From contig OZ024745.1 of NCBI GenBank assembly GCA_964016885.1, forward strand, positions 40,610,001-40,674,000: a stretch of 64,000 nucleotides of DNA, given 5' to 3'. The stretch is from Eledone cirrhosa (Eukaryota). The notes beneath the pieces are model-generated. The model was not told the DNA's origin. It was given only the letters and a program-made list of their open reading frames with translations, and searched no databases. The translations under genes and the position numbers were made by a program. Below are positions 28,912-43,282 of the stretch, piece after piece (position 1 is the first letter of the stretch; the number at the start of each line of letters is the position of its first letter).

Positions 28912-29760
28912 TTATGTTTTATCCTAAGACCCACATTCATTGCAATCACCAACAACACAATTTACATTACACATATTCAATGACAAGTGCTAAAATAACT
29001 ACCCATAGCAGAAATTTCGTGGCAACGGTTTTGCTTTGAGATTATTTCGCAATTATATATTTTCGAATCATCACAGGAATTTGACCATAGTCACGCGTAG
29101 ACTGAAATATGTTGTGTAATGTTCCGTACGAGAACTTTGTGTGCATTCCAGTTCCAGTTTTGATGTGTTTGGCCTAATCAGCTAGTTACGCTAACACCAT
29201 CATCTAAGGAGTGGCTTCCACACTTATACAGGCATTCGAACATGCTTCCTCCATACATATTTCAGAACCCTAATCCTATTCCGGAGAAAGATCGAGTCAG
29301 TTCAAGATGACATAGAAAATATTTTTAAGCAAGATCCTCTAAAAGAAACTAGTAAAATTTCATTAAAAATAGTTTGAACCTGTCTGATTTGTGCGCCTGC
29401 TTCAAGCATAGCAACGATAGAATTACATTCAGATGTCAATTTTTTGTAAGAATAAATATGCTAATAATAAGAGCAAGATAAAAATTGCCTAATATGAGAT
29501 TGCAGCTATGCAGTGTACATATTTACAAAGTGCAAGAGATTTACTCCGTCAAATTAAATCAAATAAGTTACCATTTTCAGGGAGCTTAAATTCAACGGTA
29601 ATTCTTTCTCATTTTAGTCATTTTATTTCTTTATTTCTCACTCTTCTGCCCTGTTGTTAATTTATCATACATTTATTAACTATTTTCATTTTCTCATTTC
29701 ATTTCCTTCGTGGTCGTCATACGAGAGCAAGTATTCACATATTATTGGTATAATTAAAAT

Positions 29761-29823
<63 letters not shown>

Positions 29824-30417
29824 AGGGGCTGGTGTTGACACGATAACCACAACATCTGACACTATTGTCCTCGCTTTTGACGTAAAGAAATCACTACAGA
29901 TTTGACCAACGAGGAAAAGAGCGATATATTTAGGTAACATAGATTGATAAATCGTATTTTTTTACGATTCGATGGAGATGCTAGGAACATATCGATATAC
30001 ATGTTAAACGATTTGTCTTTGATAAATAAATTCGGAAGTGAAATGGAATAGTAAACATCAGTAACGAATGAACAAACATGGATTAGATTGTAGCAATGAG
30101 AGGAAATAATAGGTATAGATATGGCTAAAGGGAAATGGTAAATGATGTGTAATATGAGATCAGACCAACGCACATGCATACACACACACACGCAAATATA
30201 TATAGGTAGATTCAAGAGGGGGATCGGGTGGTGAGCGTAGATAAAGAAGGTACGCAATAGTCAACAGGTGAAAATTAACTTCGTTTATTCATTTTCGCTG
30301 CAAGATATATTTCAGTGTTATATGTATATATATATATATATACATATCCGTATGTAGTTGACGGGTGACGGAAAAGAGTACTCAATACCGAACTTATTAA
30401 ACCTACACACATACACA

Positions 30418-30545
<128 letters not shown>

Positions 30546-30615
30546 AATATATATATATGTGTGTGTGATTGTGTGTGCGTGTGTCTGTGTGTATACAGAT
30601 ATTTATGCATATATG

Positions 30616-30733
<118 letters not shown>

Positions 30734-30947
30734 TATATATTGATATACTTGGGGACGGTCATATTTGTGTAATATTGCCTGAATTAATAACAGAACACAC
30801 TCACTGTTTGGTTGGTTTTCGCTTTTCGCTTCTGTGTCTTTTATATCGGTAATCTAATTTACTCGGTCCTCAATGTTGCCATTGACTGACCGACGGTCAA
30901 AAATAATACAGATACAATATAGACACAAACACACATATATATAGTTT

Positions 30948-30989
30948 ATCATAAATCTTTCGTTGCACATCTGCAACATCGTCAGTGGT
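30948..30989 (-). ncRNA. Type I hammerhead (family C element 30744-31045)
   Basis: Minus strand: acca CTGACGA t gttgca-gatg-tgcaac GAAA gatt TA tgat. Confidence 0.65.
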
Positions 30990-31491
30990 GCTATTGTTTC
31001 CTCCCGTTGCATTGTATGTCTATGCCATTTTTATTCAGTCTGTCTATATATTTATTTATTTATTTGCTTGTTTGTTTATTTTATTTTGTCTTCTTTGCGC
31101 ATGCGTTTGCGTGTGTGTATAGTGTTTTGTTTGATTTGTGATGTGTGTTCGTAATTGGGTGACTAGTGTGTGTTTGTTGTTACTGTGCTTGTGTATGTAT
31201 TTATTTAATTAATAAATACATTCTGTGACGAAAGAACTTTGACAATATATGAACATTTCGTCTGGTTGTGGAACCAACCAACCAACCGGAAATTTATAAA
31301 TTCCTAAATTTATATATTTAATTTATAATAAATTGATGTGAAAGCAACTGGTGCGTGTGTTTCTTATTGGCAACATGACGCTCCCAAAGTATATATATAT
31401 ATATATATATATATAGGTAGGTATTATGATTGGGGCTCTGAAATAACGATGTATACATGTATAGTATATTTGGCAATATACCGTATGTATA

Positions 31492-31576
<85 letters not shown>

Positions 31577-31589
31577 CATATATATAGAG

Positions 31590-32370
31590 AGAATAGTTAA
31601 GTATTGAGAGAGAGAAGAAGAGATAAGCGATACATATATTTAGTTACCAATAGCTTGGGCATATGTGCTCAATACTTGTGTCTACTGGGTTAAATATTAG
31701 AATCGTCAATACCTAGTGGGCGAGAATATAAGCAGAGAGGTTACAAGTGGAAGGATTACAAAGGAGAATATACCGTTAAAACATGTTTATATATAAAAAA
31801 CACCTACGTACGTTTCGCCCGAAAAGGGCTTCTCAGGGGTATAGAAAAAATGTTCAGTACATGACCCAGGAGGGGTTTTAAGGTTAAAGTTACATGAGAG
31901 TTCATTCTTAGTTGAAGCATATGTGTTGTTTTTTGCCACAGAGCAAGGGGAGTAACTCTGGCCGATGTTTGAATAATCGTCCCCATACTGCTTTTTACCC
32001 GTTCACATGATGGTGTTTTCCCATTACTATTTTGTGGGTGCTGCTCTACTATTGCCGATTCGAGCAGGGTCTGGGATGCATAGTTCGTTTACAGATGTTT
32101 ATTTGCGCCACCTGCCTACCGGAGTGTTATGGTTTGGGCAGGGGAACCCAGTTTATCGTTTTCATGCCTCAGTCGATTTCCATCCGAAGTAAGACACTTG
32201 TATTCGGTGCCTGCATTTTTCACCGATTCTGCTCTGCTGTTTATGAGTTCAAGGGGAATTCATATGATGTAGTAAAGCTCCATGAGGCAAAGCTCGCACT
32301 TCCTCTAGAAATTTTAGGGTGCAGCCATGCCGACAATATCCCAGTGTGTGGAGAAGCTGATGTTGGCGTC
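31590..32370 (-). mobile_element. 5'-truncated Hydra-type Penelope fragment (endonuclease C-terminus, 3' UTR, hammerhead 31801-31845)
   Basis: WDIVGMAAP*NF*RKCELCLMELYYII*IPLELINSRAES..KCRHR; hammerhead ccc CTGAGAA gccc-ttttc-gggc GAAA cgtacg TA ggtg. Confidence 0.75.
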
Positions 32371-33450
32371 ATCAGATATAAAGAAACGCATCACACGCAC
32401 AAAGTGATACATACACATAATCATTTGTACACACTTATACACTCGCATTCACAGGAACATATAAGCACACATAACTTCACGCACAAACGCATGGAAATAA
32501 AAGCAGACATGCAGTAGCACATCACCCTCCCTTGCACATTTGAAATTATACACACATATACAGAAAACACCACTTTTCATTTACGTATAAACATATGAAA
32601 ACCAGCATACGTGTACGTTCACATATGGCAGGACATATTGAAAAGCTGCTAAATCAGAGAAAGTTAAATAACATAATAATATAATTTGCAAAGATGACCA
32701 TGAATGACAAGTATATTATAGTGCTGCTGTCCGCTATTCTTTCATCTTGGTTTGCTTACACGTATCGATCAACTGTCACTGTGGACATTCTCATTGGCAT
32801 CTATTCGTAGTAGACATCCTGAAAAGCTGCTCTACTTTAGTACAATCTACTAAGTAGATTTATAGTGGCCAGTATTAAGAGGATGAAATGGACGACGAAA
32901 AAATAGAAAAAATGTATGAGAAGACGAGGAGAAAGAGGGGGTGAAAAGAGTGATGTAGAGGAGGAGGAAGAGTATACGTCAGAGTCGGAGAGGAGATAAA
33001 GATATAAATGGAAGACAAAAGGAGAAGTAAGACGAAGAAGAAAAAGATGGAGTAGAAAAATAAATAGAAGTCAATAGAAAAGAAAAAAAGTATGAAGCAG
33101 AGGAATGAAAAGATGAATGAAGGAGGAAAGGGTTAAATAGCAGAAGGTGAAAGAGAAAGTAGAGAATAGAAACGAGGACAAGTAAAAGAAGGAAAATGAA
33201 ATATATCAAGATGATCACAAATAATATTAATAAGAAGGAAGAGACAAAAGATAAGGAGAAATGGGTATGCTTAACACAAATATGTAGCGAAAATACGACG
33301 TTGTCGCTTACAAATTAAGCTTTCCACTTATCATCAGCGGTTTTAGTTACACATTTACACACACAACCACAACGTACACTTATATATATATATTGAATTA
33401 TTTTGCTGAAATAATTGATTTATCAATCACATACAATTGATGAAGATTCA

Positions 33451-33491
<41 letters not shown>

Positions 33492-33594
33492 GTTATATAT
33501 TTATGGGTTTAGTTGAGTGAGATTGGTAAATCAATTATATCAGCCAAGTAAATCAGTATATATACATACACACACGCACGCACATACACGCAAG

Positions 33595-33683
<89 letters not shown>

Positions 33684-33709
33684 ACACATACACACACACA
33701 CACATACAC

Positions 33710-33750
<41 letters not shown>

Positions 33751-33857
33751 AGTGTCTGTCGGTGTGTGTGTGTAGGTGTGTTTGTTAAACATTCATTCTG
33801 GAAATATATAAAATAAAGGTAAACTCCATATAAAAAAAGAAGGGTCTTATTGAATAT

Positions 33858-34047
33858 AATTGTTTTCTATTTTGGCATAAAGCCACCAATTATACCAGTG
33901 TATTACTGGTATTTTATTTTATCGAACCCGAAAGCATGAAAGACAAAGTTAACTTCGGCGGGATTTGAACTAAGATCCTAACGGGCCGTAACTCTTTGCT
34001 GCAAAGAATGGCGTCCGACGCTCTACCGATACTGCCAATCCACCACC
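33858..34047 (-). mobile_element. Octopus-type SINE
   Basis: Reverse-complement homology to 28726-28911. Confidence 0.85.
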
Positions 34048-34198
34048 CTAAATATAATATTGTCTCCCCTATAGACGCCGACCTCGTTCTGGTTTTCAAC
34101 CAACAATAAAAAGTTATATCCGGCTCGGAATGGGGTATCCGTATTGATTTCATTAAATGATTATATAATGTACACACACACACACACTCACATATCTA

Positions 34199-34244
<46 letters not shown>

Positions 34245-34268
34245 TGTGTGTGTGTGTCTGTGTGTGTT

Positions 34269-34300
<32 letters not shown>

Positions 34301-34409
34301 AATATATATACATAAAGTGATTGTTGGTGGTTCATTAATATAACTATTAAGAAGGTTGCGAAGCTGCCGAAGTGTACAATATATATATATAGTATATATA
34401 TATATATAC

Positions 34410-34515
<106 letters not shown>

Positions 34516-34543
34516 AATTACAAAATAACAAAAATCACCTTAT

Positions 34544-34590
34544 TGTTGACAATCGTTTCTTCCAGACTATAGTTTGAATTCATCGGAGCA
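34544..34590 (-). ncRNA. Type I hammerhead, variant core CCGAUGA (family B)
   Basis: Minus strand: tgct CCGATGA a ttcaaac-tata-gtctggaa GAAA cgattg TC aaca. Confidence 0.55.
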
Positions 34591-35429
34591 GTATCAATGT
34601 TTGTACATATAATTAACCTCCTATCCAACTGAACAATCATATAGATACATGGATATTAATGTTGAAAACAGTTTCGTATTTACAAGGTGAAACGGATGCG
34701 ACATAGATTTTACAAGAGAATTGTACGATAATTAAATTAAAAAATTAAAAATTACAAAATTAAAAATTAAAAATTATAAAGGTACAGAGTGGAATGCAAA
34801 CGACAGAGATTATAAGGGAATTGTATAACAATTAAAGAGGCATTAAGGTAGAAAGTTACTCGTAAAACGAGGACACTAGCAGTACATATGTAAGCGTTAA
34901 GTGAGTGCAAATGCATTAATCATATATAGGAAGAAAACAAGCAATGGTATTAGGTATATATAATTGTTTGCAAGGAAAAGGTATCACATGAAAATAGCAT
35001 TTTTTGTATTAAAACTATGGCTTTAAAACATCTCATGAATTTACATTGAGCTACTTTTTTTACTGATAATATGGTAGTAATAAATTACTGACCTTTCCTG
35101 TTTATCGTTGTATATAGTCTATACATAACTATAAATAATATGGAATTACAGAAACCCAAGAAGCTAGATTTAACACCCTTTTAGCGGGTCCGGGTAAGTT
35201 TTTTACATTCATTTAAATTATTGATTTATTGATATTTTATTTGAGTGACCCGAATTTTCCTGGTCGTTCTTTTTCGGCTGCACGGGTGATTTTAGGCATA
35301 ATCTTTATGTGTTGGTAATTTAACGATAGTTATAGCTCTGATTTATCCAAATTATTGAGCCCTCTGCCACTCATATCGGATATTGTTTATCGTTAATTCG
35401 TGAGCTGATTTTCCGATACTCGATTATTC

Positions 35430-35502
<73 letters not shown>

Positions 35503-35628
35503 GATAAATCTACCAAGAATATGCATGCCAATTCTAACACATATATATCCTAGAAACGATCGTTAAATAATGAACTTTTTTTGTTTAATATAAGGAACTG
35601 TTTCATTGTTTTATTCATTATTTTTTTA

Positions 35629-35679
<51 letters not shown>

Positions 35680-35761
35680 TTATCCCGGGTTGAATCGGGG
35701 TTAACCACAGTAAGTAAGTTACTCAATACATAGCAGAGTATTAATATTTATTATAGAAATG

Positions 35762-35857
35762 GCTCCTACAGGACTAGAACTGGTTCATTCGGGAGAAAAC
35801 ATCATGAAGCCCTTGATGATGTCTCCCGAATGGAACAGTTCTAGTCCTGTAGAGAGC
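35762..35857. repeat. Short diverged fold-back
   Basis: ctacaggactagaactg...cagttctagtcctgtag. Confidence 0.8.
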
Positions 35858-36749
35858 TATATGTATGTTTGTATGTATATACTTCCATTTGTTTGGAAGA
35901 TTTCTCATGCGAAAACTGTTGAAACAAATATTGTTATAGTTTGGGGTATCATGCTGCCAATGACAACACATGCACCAATCGGTTAGTTTAATTACCGGAT
36001 GGTTGTTTAGTTGTTTATTTTCAAACACTTTCGTCACACATTCTGTGACGTCCTCGTTGAATATTTTGTGTTATTTTGTATCTCATCTTGTCTTTACCAA
36101 AGTAACTAAAGTAGTCATTGAGGAGATCACAAACTGTATGATAAAAGGGCTTATTCTCTTTCTTTCTTCTTTTCTTCCCCTTCTTTGTCTTCACGTACAT
36201 CTTCTTCCCCATCCATTCTTCACATTTTCTCTCTCCTCTCCTAATCCTTGTTAATCTAGATATATTTTACCTTTCATGAAAACCGAACAGGAAATCTATT
36301 TATACGAATATTAATAGCTTCGAGAATTTTGGTACCTTAGATTATTTACAATATAAATCTGTAGAAATAATTTCATTCTATATTTGGTTATACATATATA
36401 TGTCAATCCCGCATGTCTGTTAACCAGGCAATTACATATTGCACATGTTTGAGTTACCTCATTTTCAACATAGAAATAACTGCAAATTTACATTTAGGGA
36501 AGTGCTGGTTCTCAGAATTATTGGTGAGATGTTGATATCCTTTCCGTTTTCATGCACATTCACATGGGCAAATACTACCTCCTCTGTTTCGACGTTTGAT
36601 AAATTTACACACCACTATTCTCTCCAGCTATTTCTTTGTTTTTTATATATCCTCTCAGTCATTACTGTTTATGGTGGGGTATTCTAAATAATCTATAAAT
36701 TTCTCTTCATACTGTAGTTATGATATACTAACATTACATCCTGAATATT

Positions 36750-37470
36750 CTAGTTGTCAACAAAAGACTAGCTTTGGAGCTCTATCCTCATTCATTCAAA
36801 TAACCTACACTGCTATCACAGTTGTGTCCTATGCCAGGGATAAATCTGAACATGCTTTGCTTATACATGTTTCAATTCCGGTATCAGGCGTATCATCGTT
36901 TGGCAAAGCAGAGAATGAGGGTTCAAAGAGCTGGTCGGTTTTAAAGCTTTTCCTTCTAGAAGCCCTCTAACCATAACTTTGCTATTATTGCTGCAAGAGG
37001 CTGAAAGGAAAGTTATGTATGTTTAATGTCCATTAACAGAATTATAGACCTGGCAACTGCAGGGAATGTATTCATTTTCTGTTAGATATTATCAATAGAC
37101 CGGGCAAGCTGTTCAGATTTATCTCTGCAGAGCAATTCTCTCACGGTTAGGAATGGTATTATTGTTATAACCTCAATGCCTTGCTGGTTGTAACGGCCGT
37201 CACTGATACGATATTCCGCAAGGAGTTATGTTACCTCCGCAATGATAGAAACTCTCATCTTTGCAAAGAAAAATGATCAAATAACATCAGTACTAGCAAA
37301 CATTAGGTTCTGTGCAATTTGTCACCCCAAATAACTGCTATCCATCCCCATGTTAGATTACAATAGCTTTGCTAATAAGGAAAATAATTTGAAATCGGTT
37401 CAGCTTGTGCAAATTAATATCTTTCTATCAATACTATTTGTGAGAATTGCCATAAATGAAATGCTGAGGT
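36750..37470 (-). pseudogene. Possible heavily decayed hAT-type transposase C-terminus
   Basis: Order of weak motifs LLAEYR, SNNSKVMVRG..ALKPTS, IPGIGHNCDSSV (cf. IPVSSASCERSFS), MNEDR. Confidence 0.3.
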
Positions 37471-37540
37471 TATTGCAATGTAAAGCTAAATATATAACGA
37501 CAAGATACATTACATGTCTTTCTAGTGGTTAGTATCTCGG

Positions 37541-37915
37541 ATTTACGATCGTAAGGTCCTGAGTTTGTTTCCAAGGCATAGAAGAGCGTGATGGTCTTAA
37601 ACAAGCGCCTTGGCTTGCATTGCCCTTGTGGACTAAACAGAAAATGAGTGATTATCAGCAGTTTGAACTTGCAAAGACTTATATTTCCCTCTAAAAGTAT
37701 GCCTTGTATTCTGAGTCACCTAACGCCATTTGAAACAGGATCATTGATGAGGCTCTAGACTCAAAATATAATTTAAGTTTGCCACTCGAGAAAATTTCGA
37801 AGATTACATAATCATCAAAATTAAACAGAAAGTATCGCAATAGAAGTAAAGGTTTTGAATTGCTACTCAACTGGCAATAAATAAAATCTAAACTTCAAAT
37901 GTTATTATAAGTGAA

Positions 37916-37946
<31 letters not shown>

Positions 37947-38267
37947 TATTTAATTCAAAACCTTTACTTCTATTGCGATACTTTCTGTTTAATTTTGATG
38001 ATTATGTAATCTTCGAAATTTTCTCGAGTGGCAAACTTAAATTATATTTTGAGTCTAGAGCCTCATCAATGATCCTGTTTCAAATGGCGTTAGGTGACTC
38101 AGAATACAAGGCATACTTTTAGAGGGAAATATAAGTCTTTGCAAGTTCAAACTGCTGATAATCACTCATTTTCTGTTTAGTCCACAAGGGCAATGCAAGC
38201 CAAGGCGCTTGTTTAAGACCATCACGCTCTTCTATGCCTTGGAAACAAACTCAGGACCTTTCGATCG

Positions 38268-38272
<5 letters not shown>
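37541..38272. repeat. Near-perfect inverted duplication (~321-bp arms) with 90-bp spacer
   Basis: 37541-37861 vs 37952-38272, one mismatch seen; second arm bounded by (TA)n on both sides. Confidence 0.92.
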
Positions 38273-38315
<43 letters not shown>

Positions 38316-39102
38316 AATATGTGTGGGGGGGGGGGGTTATTAAAATAAAATGGACAGTTCAAAACCAGGCAATTACTCTTGTCTCAATTTGTATTTGCAT
38401 GTACGAACATTTTGATTACATGCTTCTTGAAGCAAAATCTATTTTGTATTCTATAAACCCCAGCAAATAGAACATTGCTAATTTTAAGCGATAAGTATCC
38501 TTCTATAAAAAAAAAAACGATTGTCGCTAAAGCATCTCCCATAATGACAGAAATTCTGTTTCCCTTATTAAAAATCTCCAAACTTAAAGACATTTTAGTT
38601 TCATGTGTTGTTGTTATTAATAGGAAAATTCGTGAACAACTGCATTATTATTTGTTACTTAGGATCTATCATTGGTGTATTGTATTTCTGGTGACCTGAA
38701 TTTCTCTGTAATGTTGTGTAGAAAGAATATCACAAAATGTATACACACATGTATACATACATACATACATGCATACATACATATATACATACACAATCAA
38801 ACATCTTAGCTGAAATCCATACTCCTACTGTACACACAGAACACTGAAAGATTTTCGATGTCTTTCAAATGATCGTGGGAAGATGTTTCAACATATTCAC
38901 AACCTTAATATGAGTGACAAATCATACAACACAATTTTAAATGAAGAACCCACTAAATTAGAACTAGAGGCAGCAATTAATATAATAACAGGTAATTATC
39001 TGAAAGCTGTTGGGGGTCAGATGTATGAAAATAGCCAGTAACATTTTCAACATCAGATTGCGTGTGTATTGTAAAGAGCGGAATCAACGAATTGGAGATA
39101 CA

Positions 39103-39698
39103 ACCGACACTTTGTAGCCGCAACCTGGTGCAGTCTGCGACTGATCCAGGTTCTGCTGCACGTCGAGTTGAGGGGGCCAAACTCTTCAAATACCAGTCGC
39201 TCTCCGACAGGTTTGCGGTCGTACCCCTGGCAGTGGAGACTTATGGTGTCCTCGCCCCAGGGCTACCTCCTTACTCACCACCATAGCCGCTGAGTTGGCC
39301 AGCCGCAGGTGGTAACCCCGCGAGATGGAGTGGCTTTTCCAGCGCGTCTCCCTTGCCGTCCTCCGGGGAAACGCCTTCTCCATTCTGTCCGCCGGGGCTG
39401 TGGGTGGGCCCCATCGCGTACCGTTGTAGTTGTTGTATACAGATATTAACTCATCAAAGATAGGCATCTGTGCCTGGTATCACATTTTAACAATATCACA
39501 ACATAAACAGCAGATTCGTCAACGATTGACATGGCTGTACCATATGTTGACTTAGCACTTTCCTGTAAACAAGTGCTATTATGCCTCATATCATGTTACA
39601 TTATTTTTTCTGATGAGGACACAATATTTGTCCCAGGATGATTTTGTATTCGAAATGCGCATAATAAAGTATATGGAACTCTTTTAAAAAAAAAAAAA
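39103..39698 (+). mobile_element. 5'-truncated CRE-like non-LTR element (restriction-like endonuclease tail, 3' UTR, poly-A)
   Basis: GSAARRVEGAKLFKYQSL..VVPLAVETYG / EMEWLFQRVSLAVLRGNAFSIL; AATAAA at 39663, A13 at 39686-39698. Confidence 0.7.
39602..39671 (+). ncRNA. Type I hammerhead ribozyme motif
   Basis: tatttttt CTGATGA ggacacaa...ttgtattc GAAA tgcgca TA ataaagta; palindromic stem III. Confidence 0.7.
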
Positions 39699-42683
39699 GC
39701 AGAAAGTTTTAAGCTGTTGGTCGAATAAGTATCTAACAGATAGTTGTTGTTATGAAATGCAACATCTTTACAATATATAAGGAAAACCTAAAAATAAATG
39801 ATATATGATAGTGACTTAAAGATTTTATTTGAATATATCTATGTCGTCATTGATGGAAGACATCTCAATCATGCAAATCCCAGATATAGCATTTGCTTTT
39901 TCTAGTTACTTGAGTGATTATCTATCCGTTGGATTCCTGTATATATTTTTCCCGCAGCCCACAAATGTGCGTGGTTCAAGAGAAATATCACCCACGTAAT
40001 TCACATTTTCAAGGGTGTGGTATAGACATTAATGTTTCTTTTTATGTTAAAGGTTTTTCTTTTGTAAACTTTCACTAAATTTTATAGATGCTATAGGCAC
40101 AATAACTTTTCTTAAAACTAATTCAATGAAAAACCTTCTACTAATTAACATGTTTTCATTTCCGGCGGCCACTTTCATATCTGTATGATATGGTTATGTA
40201 TACAATGCATGCTGATGTTCTGTGTTGGCAAAATTTAATCCATAAACTTTCATGGGAATAAATATATTAAGATGAGTTAATTTGGTTTGTAGATTGAAAA
40301 CTGTCGTTTCAGACAATTGTTAATTTTTAAATAGAATGATTACACAGTCTGATAAAAGGATTCTACGAAATGTTGATGATCCAATCCACTCTAACATATT
40401 TATATTTTGCGAACGTTTATGTAACTAATAATTGGCTATGATATTTCAATGTGCCCCTTACGACCATGGGCCAAATTCCCTAACCACAAGGCCACGCGGC
40501 TTCCATTGTAGATGATGTTGATATTATACGTATGTCTACATAACTCATCTTATTATAATTGCTATATGGTTATATAAATCATAAACAATTTATGTAGGTA
40601 ATATATATGCCTGTACCCCTTATACGTTTATTCAAGTTGTGTATTCGAATGTAGCATATATAGATTTATGTAACTTAGTTTTGGCTATGTAATTATTATA
40701 TAAGTGTATCTAATATGCTCATGCAACTGTTATAATGTCAGAAGACTATAAGTAAATTTAACTTCTACCTGTTTATGTAACCGCTATATGTGTAACGGCT
40801 ATATGTTAATGAAAGCCAGTGGTCTAGCAGTTAGGTAGTTCAGCTCGTGATGAGGATGTTCATGGACAGATTGTTGCGGGGTGTTTTCTTAAGCTGTACA
40901 CTTTACTTCGCGCTGCTGTTCAAAAGATTGAATGGCAAGAAACTTGAGATTCCTCCTTTGCTATTCAACCTCGTGTGATGTCAACTAAACATTGCTGGCT
41001 TTGAGCGGTAATTTTCGTTTCATATTTCATTTCATATATTACTTAACTTTTATATGGGCACGTGAGAACGATATGTTTATACAGCCGATATACGCCTATA
41101 TAAAACAACTACTTTTATTTATCCCGTATATAATATGTATCACATATGGCCTAGCGATATGACTGATAGTTACTTGTGTAACGAGCATTTGGGAAAACGG
41201 GTGCGCCGTGTTTGGTTTTCCGAATTTAGAGTGTGAGTACAGTCTGGTTTATTTGGAATCATGAGTGCCAGTTGGCGTTCGGTTTAGGATGTTTGCTGAC
41301 TGTTTGTGGAATGATTGGAGCAATGAGGGTCTATTCACGTTTATGGTTATGTAAGAGCTATATCGTTATGCAAATCACTGAGTCATAAGCAGAGATACTC
41401 CTGAGTCAAACGAAACAATTACAATATATTTATCTATCTAATGTTATTATATATTTATGAGACACATATAGGAACATTTATTATCCTATATGTTACTGTA
41501 AACGGGATATACGTTATAGTAACTGCTAGGTGACCACATAACTCCTACATAATTATGTAATTGGTATAAGTTTATGTAACTCGCATGTCGTTCCGTAACC
41601 ATGATGTGTTTATATAACAGTATATTTCCATAGGTACTATATGTTAAAGTAACTCATGTGAAGTTACATAACTATTATATCGTTATGTAAATCACTAATT
41701 CAAAAAGAGGATGCTGCACGTAAGACAAACGAAACATTTAAATACGGATGAAAGGAAGAATCTAGAATTTATAGGCCGATATGCTTTGAAATGTGCCTAA
41801 ATTGTTATTACATTAGTGAGTATATAACTATATCTATTGTGCAAACTGATCGATATCCTTTCTTATTACAACGAAACAAAATGCACTCATTCTCCCTATC
41901 TGTCTCATTATTCTTTATTTCTTTCTTACTACATCTTTCGTTATATAATTTCTTTCACGCTCACATGTTCTCTACTCACTTCTCTCTCTTTATGTATTCC
42001 TCTCTATAAATGTGCTCTATCTAAACCCATCCCCCCTCTATGTCTCTCCCCTCTCTCAACATCTCTAAGATGTATCTAACTCCTATCATTTTCCCCTCTC
42101 ACATTCTATTTATTCATTTCTACTCATCTATCTCTACCTGCTATCACTCTATCTCTCCATTTCCTCATTCGCTCTTTCAATCTCTCCCATCTCTACTTCT
42201 TTATACCCTTATCTCTATCCTCAATATATTTCTCCTCTTCTTCTACCTAGCTCTACCTCCATCTACTCCTATTTCACTCACATATCTAACTGGCTGCTCC
42301 ATTCTCTGTCTCTCTCCTCCATATCATGCTCACTCACATTTTCTCCTCTCCATTTGTATTTTTCTCTTCGTCCACCATCACTCCCCACTCGCCATCTCTA
42401 CATGTTGTTTACATGCGGGTTTTCTCCGTCTGTTTGAAGTTTTCTACTAAATAAAAAACCCTTCTTGTGTAAGCCTGCTTACTTCCCCTGCAATAGCTCT
42501 TTTTTGTTACAACCTGAGCTCTCTGTTTATCCTGATATCTTAATGTATAACGTTAAACCTAAGTTTTCTGTGTTTATTGATGCCATTAAATATATATTTA
42601 TCCTCTGATGCAGCAACTGATGATTTGAATGGTGATGATAGTTGGAAAAATAGGATAAGTAAATGATGATGACAGTGACGATC

Positions 42684-42755
<72 letters not shown>

Positions 42756-42820
42756 TTCCTGCTGCTGCTGCTACTACTCCTGCTGCTACCACTACTATTA
42801 ATACTGCTGTTGCTGCTAAT
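42684..42820. repeat. (CTA)n/(CTG)n trinucleotide repeat
   Basis: Direct reading; degenerate (CAT)n follows at ~43150-43770. Confidence 0.95.
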
Positions 42821-43282
42821 GCGACATGCATTTCAACGGCTACTACATTTTATATTGTTTTCTTTTTTTCTTGATGCTAAGTTTGCTGTTGATGTCAAGC
42901 TCATTATCACTATTTTATGAAAATCATCGAGACAACGTAATAACGTGGTCTTCCAGAAATGACAACCAAAACCCTATTAAAATACATTCCACAACCATAG
43001 GAAATAAATCATTGGTTAATATTGGTATGGGGTCCACGAAGGAAAATTGAGGAGCGTCACGGCCTTTGATTACATGTGCTCGTTTAAAGCTAAATAACAA
43101 CAATTATCGCAATTGTATCTTAGTCATCACCATCGTTATTATTGTCATCACAATTAACATGATAAACAAACATCATCATCATCGCAATAATTAACACTGC
43201 CTCTGATATGTTTCCTCCATCTCATCATCATCCTTATCACAACACCGCCTTCATCATCATCTGTAACATTATTGGTATTATC

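Noticed and set aside
37058-37260. TGA-rich minus-strand frame superficially like a selenoprotein P tail (SYQ*RP..H*)
   Set aside because: Same frame contains TAA stops; region better explained as a decayed transposase
42598-42920. Poly-Leu/poly-Val/poly-Ala ORFs resembling membrane proteins
   Set aside because: Trinucleotide microsatellite
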